From the NCBI GenBank assembly GCA_963845565.1, contig CAWJSJ010000002.1, positions 2,496,001 to 2,560,000 of the forward strand: a stretch of DNA of 64,000 nucleotides, written 5' to 3'. Position 1 is the first letter of the stretch, and the number at the start of each line of letters is the position of its first letter. Under the pieces are notes generated by a model. It saw only the letters and a list, made by a program, of their open reading frames with translations. It was not told the origin of the DNA and made no database searches. The translations under genes were made by a program, and so were the position numbers. This document shows, piece by piece, positions 60,635 through 64,000 of the stretch. Origin of the DNA: an uncultured Methylomirabilota bacterium. Lineage in GTDB: Bacteria; Methylomirabilota; Methylomirabilia; Methylomirabilales; 2-02-FULL-66-22.

Positions 60635-61867
60635 ATGGCACGTGTCGTCGTTACGGGCGTGGGGGCGGTGGCTCCCAATGGGATCGGGATCGACCGGTTC
60701 TGGGACAATCTCGTCCACGGGGTCTCGGGCGTCGCGACCATCACGCGGTTCGATGCGAGCAAGCACGACGTCCAGATCGCGGGCGAGGTCAAGGAGTTTG
60801 ATCCGCTCCAGTGGATCGAGAAGAAAGAGGTCCGAAAGATGGACCTCTTCATCCGGTACGCCATCGCCGCCGCCCAGATGGCGTTCGACGATGCGGGCTT
60901 GAAGGTCACCGACGACAATCGCGAGCGCATGGGTGTCTTCGTCGGGACCGGCATGGGTGGGATTCCGGCCCTGGAGGAGTCGCATCGGATCCTGCTGGAG
61001 CGCGGCCCCAGTCGGGTCAGCGCCTTCTTCATCCCGTCCATCATCACCAACCTCGGTTCGGGCCAGATCTCGATGCGGTTCGGCATGAAGGGGCCGAATT
61101 CCTGCGTGTGCACCGCCTGCGCCACCGGGAATCATGCCATCGGAGATTCCTTCCGGATCATCCAGCGCGGCGAGGCGGATGTCATGATCGCCGGCGGGAG
61201 CGAGGCCGTCATCACGCCGCTGACCATCGCCGGTTTCTCGTCCATGCGCGCCCTGTCCACCCGCAATGATGAGCCGACGCGGGCCAGTCGGCCCTTCGAC
61301 AAGCACCGCGACGGGTTCGTGATGGGTGAAGGCAGCGGGATCATGGTGCTGGAGACTCTCGATCACGCCCAGCGGCGCGGGGCCCGGATCTACGCCGAAC
61401 TGGTGGGGTACGGCATGTCGGCGGATGCCCATCACATCACGTTGCCGGCCCTGGATGGCGCGGTACGCTCCATGCGGTTGTCGCTGAAGGATGCCGCCGT
61501 GGCTCCCGCGGAGGTCGACTACGTCAACGCCCATGGGACGTCCACCCCGGTGGGCGACGCGAACGAGACGCAAGCCCTCAAAGAGGTGTTCGGCGAGCAC
61601 GCCAAGGGGTTGCCGGTGAGTTCGACCAAGTCCATGACCGGACACCTCCTGGGCGCGGCCGGCGGGATCGAGTCGGTCATCACGGTGCTGGCGATCGTCA
61701 AGGGACTGCTGCCGCCCACGATCAACTACGAGACGCCGGACCCGGAATGCGACCTGGACTACGTGCCCAACATCGCCCGCGAGACCCAGGTGCGGGTGGC
61801 CATGACCAACAGCTTCGGATTCGGCGGCACCAACGCTACGCTGGTTTTCCGGCGGTTCGAGGGGTAA
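60635..61867 (+). CDS. fabF: 3-oxoacyl-ACP synthase II
   Basis: TACATG, NAHGTST, KSMTGHLLG, NSFGFGG. Confidence 0.97.
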   Translation: MARVVVTGVGAVAPNGIGIDRFWDNLVHGVSGVATITRFDASKHDVQIAGEVKEFDPLQWIEKKEVRKMDLFIRYAIAAAQMAFDDAGLKVTDDNRERMGVFVGTGMGGIPALEESHRILLERGPSRVSAFFIPSIITNLGSGQISMRFGMKGPNSCVCTACATGNHAIGDSFRIIQRGEADVMIAGGSEAVITPLTIAGFSSMRALSTRNDEPTRASRPFDKHRDGFVMGEGSGIMVLETLDHAQRRGARIYAELVGYGMSADAHHITLPALDGAVRSMRLSLKDAAVAPAEVDYVNAHGTSTPVGDANETQALKEVFGEHAKGLPVSSTKSMTGHLLGAAGGIESVITVLAIVKGLLPPTINYETPDPECDLDYVPNIARETQVRVAMTNSFGFGGTNATLVFRRFEG

Positions 61868-62052
61868 CGCAGGTCTGCGGGGACGGGTTGCGGGGGAGGG
61901 GTGGGGACCCGGGTGCCCCGATCTTGCGGCCCGTTTCGTTTGTGTGCTTCGGGGGCCCTGATTCGGCCCGCGGGGTCGTATCCGGTCTTCCGAGACGTCC
62001 AGGCGTCCGGAGGGGTCGTTTCATCATTGGCGATACACAGGAGGAGTTGACC

Positions 62053-62844
62053 ATGCCGAAACTTGCTGCCAACTTGACCATGCTGTTCAACGACAAGCCG
62101 TTCCTGGAGCGCTTCGCCCTGGCGAAGCAGGCCGGCTTCAAGTACGTGGAGTTCCTGCACCCGTACGAGGCGCCGGCCGAGAAGGTCAAGGAGGCGCTGG
62201 ATACGAACGGCCTCCAGGTCATCAACTTCAACCTGCCCAGCGGCAACAACTGGGCCGGCGGCGACCGCGGCATCGGAGCCAGCCCGAACCGGGTGGAGGA
62301 GTTCCGGGCCGGCATCAAGGCGGCCGTCGAGTACGCCAAGATCCTGAAGACCCCGCGCGTGAACTGCCTGGTGGGGAAGATGGTCCCCGGCTTCTCCCGC
62401 GAGCAGCACATCAAGACGGCGGTGGAGAACCTGAAGATGTCCGCGGATGCGCTGGGGGCGATCGGCGTCAAGCAGATCATCGAGCACATCAACCCCTTCG
62501 ACATCCCGGGCTTCGTGCTCAATCGCGTCTCCGAGGTCCTCGACGTCATCGCCCAGGTGGGCCGGTCCAACGTCTTCGTCCAGTACGACATCTACCATGC
62601 GGCGCGGACCGAGGGGAACCTCACGCTGACGCTCCGCGAGCAGTTCGCCAAGATCGACCACATCCAGGTCGCGGACACCCCCGGGCGGAACCAGCCGGGT
62701 ACGGGCGAGATCAATTTCCCGTTCCTGTTCGCCGAGATGGACAAGCTGGGTTACCAGGGGTACGTCGGGCTGGAATACGTTCCGAAGCCGGACACGCTGA
62801 GCTCGTTTGGGTGGATCAAGCAGATGGGTTGCCAGTTGGCCTGA
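62053..62844 (+). CDS. hyi: Hydroxypyruvate isomerase
   Basis: AANLTMLF, YDIYH, HIQVADTPGR..PGTGEIN, GLEYVP. Confidence 0.92.
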   Translation: MPKLAANLTMLFNDKPFLERFALAKQAGFKYVEFLHPYEAPAEKVKEALDTNGLQVINFNLPSGNNWAGGDRGIGASPNRVEEFRAGIKAAVEYAKILKTPRVNCLVGKMVPGFSREQHIKTAVENLKMSADALGAIGVKQIIEHINPFDIPGFVLNRVSEVLDVIAQVGRSNVFVQYDIYHAARTEGNLTLTLREQFAKIDHIQVADTPGRNQPGTGEINFPFLFAEMDKLGYQGYVGLEYVPKPDTLSSFGWIKQMGCQLA

Positions 62845-62968
62845 CGGCTGCCGAAAAAGGCCCATCTGCGGCGTTGGCGTGCTTGCGCGCTCGTTGCGGC
62901 GTACCTGGAGTACGCCTCACTCGGCGCATCGCGCGCCGCCTTGCATCTGGGCCTTTTTGAGCAGCCTG
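62845..62968. repeat. ~125 bp palindromic interspersed repeat, copy 2
   Basis: Same termini and core as 41008-41132. Confidence 0.85.
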
Positions 62969-63032
62969 GGTGAGGGCGTGTTCTTGAGGAACCTGTTAAC
63001 GTATGAACCGCAAAAACGAAGGAGTGAGAGAC

Positions 63033-63926
63033 ATGGCAAAGATCGGATTCATCGGATTGGGGATCATGGGCAAGCCCATGGTCAAGAACTTGCTGAAGGC
63101 CGGACACGAGGTGGTGGTGTATGACGTCGTGCCCGCCGGCGTGCAAGAGGTCGTGGCGGCCGGCGCAAAGGCCGCGGCCTCGTCGAAGGCAGTCGCCGAG
63201 CAGTGCGCGCTCATCATCACCATGGTGCCGAACTCGCCGCACGTGAAGGCGGCCATCCTCGGTCCCAACGGCGTGCTGGAAGGGGCCAAGGCCGGCTCCC
63301 TGGTGGTGGACATGTCGTCCATCGATCCCACCGTGTCGAAGGAGGTCGGCGCCGAGCTGGCCAAGAAGAAGATCCGGTTCGTGGACGCGCCGGTCTCCGG
63401 CGGCGAGCCCAAGGCGGTCGACGGGACCCTGTCCATCATGTGCGGTGGGGCCAAGGCGGACTTCGACGAGGCCTTCCCGATCATGAAGTGCATGGGCGCC
63501 AGCGTGGTTCTGTGCGGCGCGGTGGGTGCCGGCAACGTCACCAAGCTGGCCAACCAGATCGTGGTGGCCTTGAACATCGCCGCCCTGTCCGAGGCGATGG
63601 TTCTGGCCACCAAGGCCGGGGTGGATCCGCAGCTGGTGTTCGACGCCATCAAGGGCGGTCTGGCGGGCAGCACGGTGATGAACGCCAAGGCCCCCATGAT
63701 GCTGGATCGCAACATCAAGCCGGGGTTCCGGATCAACCTCCACATCAAGGACCTGGACAACGCCATGGCGGCCGGCCACGCGGTCGGAGTGCCCCTGCCC
63801 CTCACCGGTCAGGCGCGCGAGATCATGGAGGCCCTCAAGATCGACGGGATGGGTGATGCGGACCACTCCGCCATCGTCCGCTACTACGAGAAGCTGGCCA
63901 AGGCCGAGGTGAAGAAGCAGGGGTAG
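63033..63926 (+). CDS. garR: 2-hydroxy-3-oxopropionate (tartronate semialdehyde) reductase
   Basis: GFIGLGIMG, DAPVSGG, KLANQI, GFRINLHIKDL. Confidence 0.92.
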   Translation: MAKIGFIGLGIMGKPMVKNLLKAGHEVVVYDVVPAGVQEVVAAGAKAAASSKAVAEQCALIITMVPNSPHVKAAILGPNGVLEGAKAGSLVVDMSSIDPTVSKEVGAELAKKKIRFVDAPVSGGEPKAVDGTLSIMCGGAKADFDEAFPIMKCMGASVVLCGAVGAGNVTKLANQIVVALNIAALSEAMVLATKAGVDPQLVFDAIKGGLAGSTVMNAKAPMMLDRNIKPGFRINLHIKDLDNAMAAGHAVGVPLPLTGQAREIMEALKIDGMGDADHSAIVRYYEKLAKAEVKKQG

Positions 63927-63949
63927 TCGGCTCGGCTCGCGCGATACCG

Positions 63950-63982
63950 AACGGGCGGGGCACGGAGTGCCTCGCCCGTTTT
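63950..63982 (+). terminator. Rho-independent terminator
   Basis: AACGGGCGGGGCAC-GGA-GTGCCTCGCCCGTT-TT. Confidence 0.7.
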
Positions 63983-64000
63983 GTCATTGGGGGTTGGAGG

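Overview
High-GC bacterial window; the housekeeping gene style would fit Methylomirabilota/NC10 or a Deltaproteobacteria-like anaerobe, but this is not provable here. It has four blocks. (1) 1-14.4 kb, minus strand: a sigma54-controlled metal/Fe-S cofactor cluster with NifB/NifX-family genes, DUF5320 proteins, two MinD-ferredoxin ATPases, an IscU-Mrp fusion, a radical SAM enzyme, zinc ribbons and VKOR/TlpA, plus a partly deleted internal duplicate. (2) 14.8-25.6 kb: an MFS transporter and a sugar-acid catabolic/TRAP/TTT locus. (3) 25.7-38.3 kb: a selenocysteine peroxiredoxin (PrxU), a PAS-sigma54 activator, and an unusual respiratory locus. That locus comprises a Tat Fe-S protein, an apparent NrfD/HybB-cytochrome c3-octaheme (OTR) triple fusion, a heme-sensor kinase, a receiver-GcvH fusion lacking the lipoyl Lys, a candidate C-terminal-Sec zinc ribbon, and a second OTR. 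(4) 38.5-64 kb: core genes (thiMEL, ECF sigma/anti-sigma, der, mdh, sdhCAB, sucCD, ndk, rpmF-plsX-fab operon, hyi-garR). Read directly from the DNA: four minus-strand sigma54 promoters, each with a tandem TTGC-N6-GCAA upstream site, two in-frame UGA+hairpin signals, and two copies of a ~125 bp MITE-like palindrome. Two zones (22.3-24.4 kb and 30.85-32.25 kb) are dense with single-base indels, most likely assembly errors. No rRNA, tRNA, CRISPR array or transposase was recognised.
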